The notes beneath the pieces were generated by a model. That model saw only the letters and a list, made by a program, of their open reading frames with translations, was not told the origin of the DNA and did no database searches. From NCBI GenBank assembly GCA_002269645.1, contig NIVC01002110.1, positions 62,001 to 126,000 of the forward strand: a stretch of DNA of 64,000 bases, in the 5' to 3' direction. Positions 63,983 through 64,000 of this stretch are shown here, piece by piece (positions within the stretch are counted from its first letter, which is position 1; each line of letters starts with the position of its first letter). Made by a program: the position numbers and the translations under genes. The stretch comes from Macrostomum lignano. Taxonomy: Eukaryota.

Positions 63983-64000
63983 ACAAGCTGTTGAAACCCG

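Overview
Repeat-rich eukaryotic (metazoan) genomic DNA. The style (GC-rich low-complexity exons, introns filled with minisatellites) resembles the flatworm Macrostomum, but that is inference only. Host genes reconstructed by hand with GT-AG phase checks: a tincar-like multipass membrane gene (+, 5610-7966), a two-exon orphan ending in a cysteine string (-, 28279-30696), a complete four-exon sorting nexin SNX1/2 (+, 37905-43932), a small Tyr-rich ORF (-, 45949-46314) and five exons of a single-pass membrane protein (-, 51131-53008). Two mobile elements stand out. (1) A Crypton-like tyrosine-recombinase element in SNX intron 2 keeps all catalytic residues and is bounded by 15-bp inverted arms, one of which forms a loxP/FRT-like 12-8-12 site next to a tandem array of half-sites. 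(2) A Penelope-like retroelement (RT + GIY-YIG) carries a minimal hammerhead ribozyme and sits in a (GA)n tract with an apparent ~170-bp target duplication; an element-free duplicate of the locus lies next to it. The window also holds P-like and hAT-like MITEs with perfect 8-bp TSDs, a 2-kb foldback element, RTE-type LINE remnants, HINE/DINE-like repeats, about 25 micro/minisatellite arrays and one assembly gap. No CRISPR array, tRNA or rRNA was found. Family calls come from motif recognition, not database searches.
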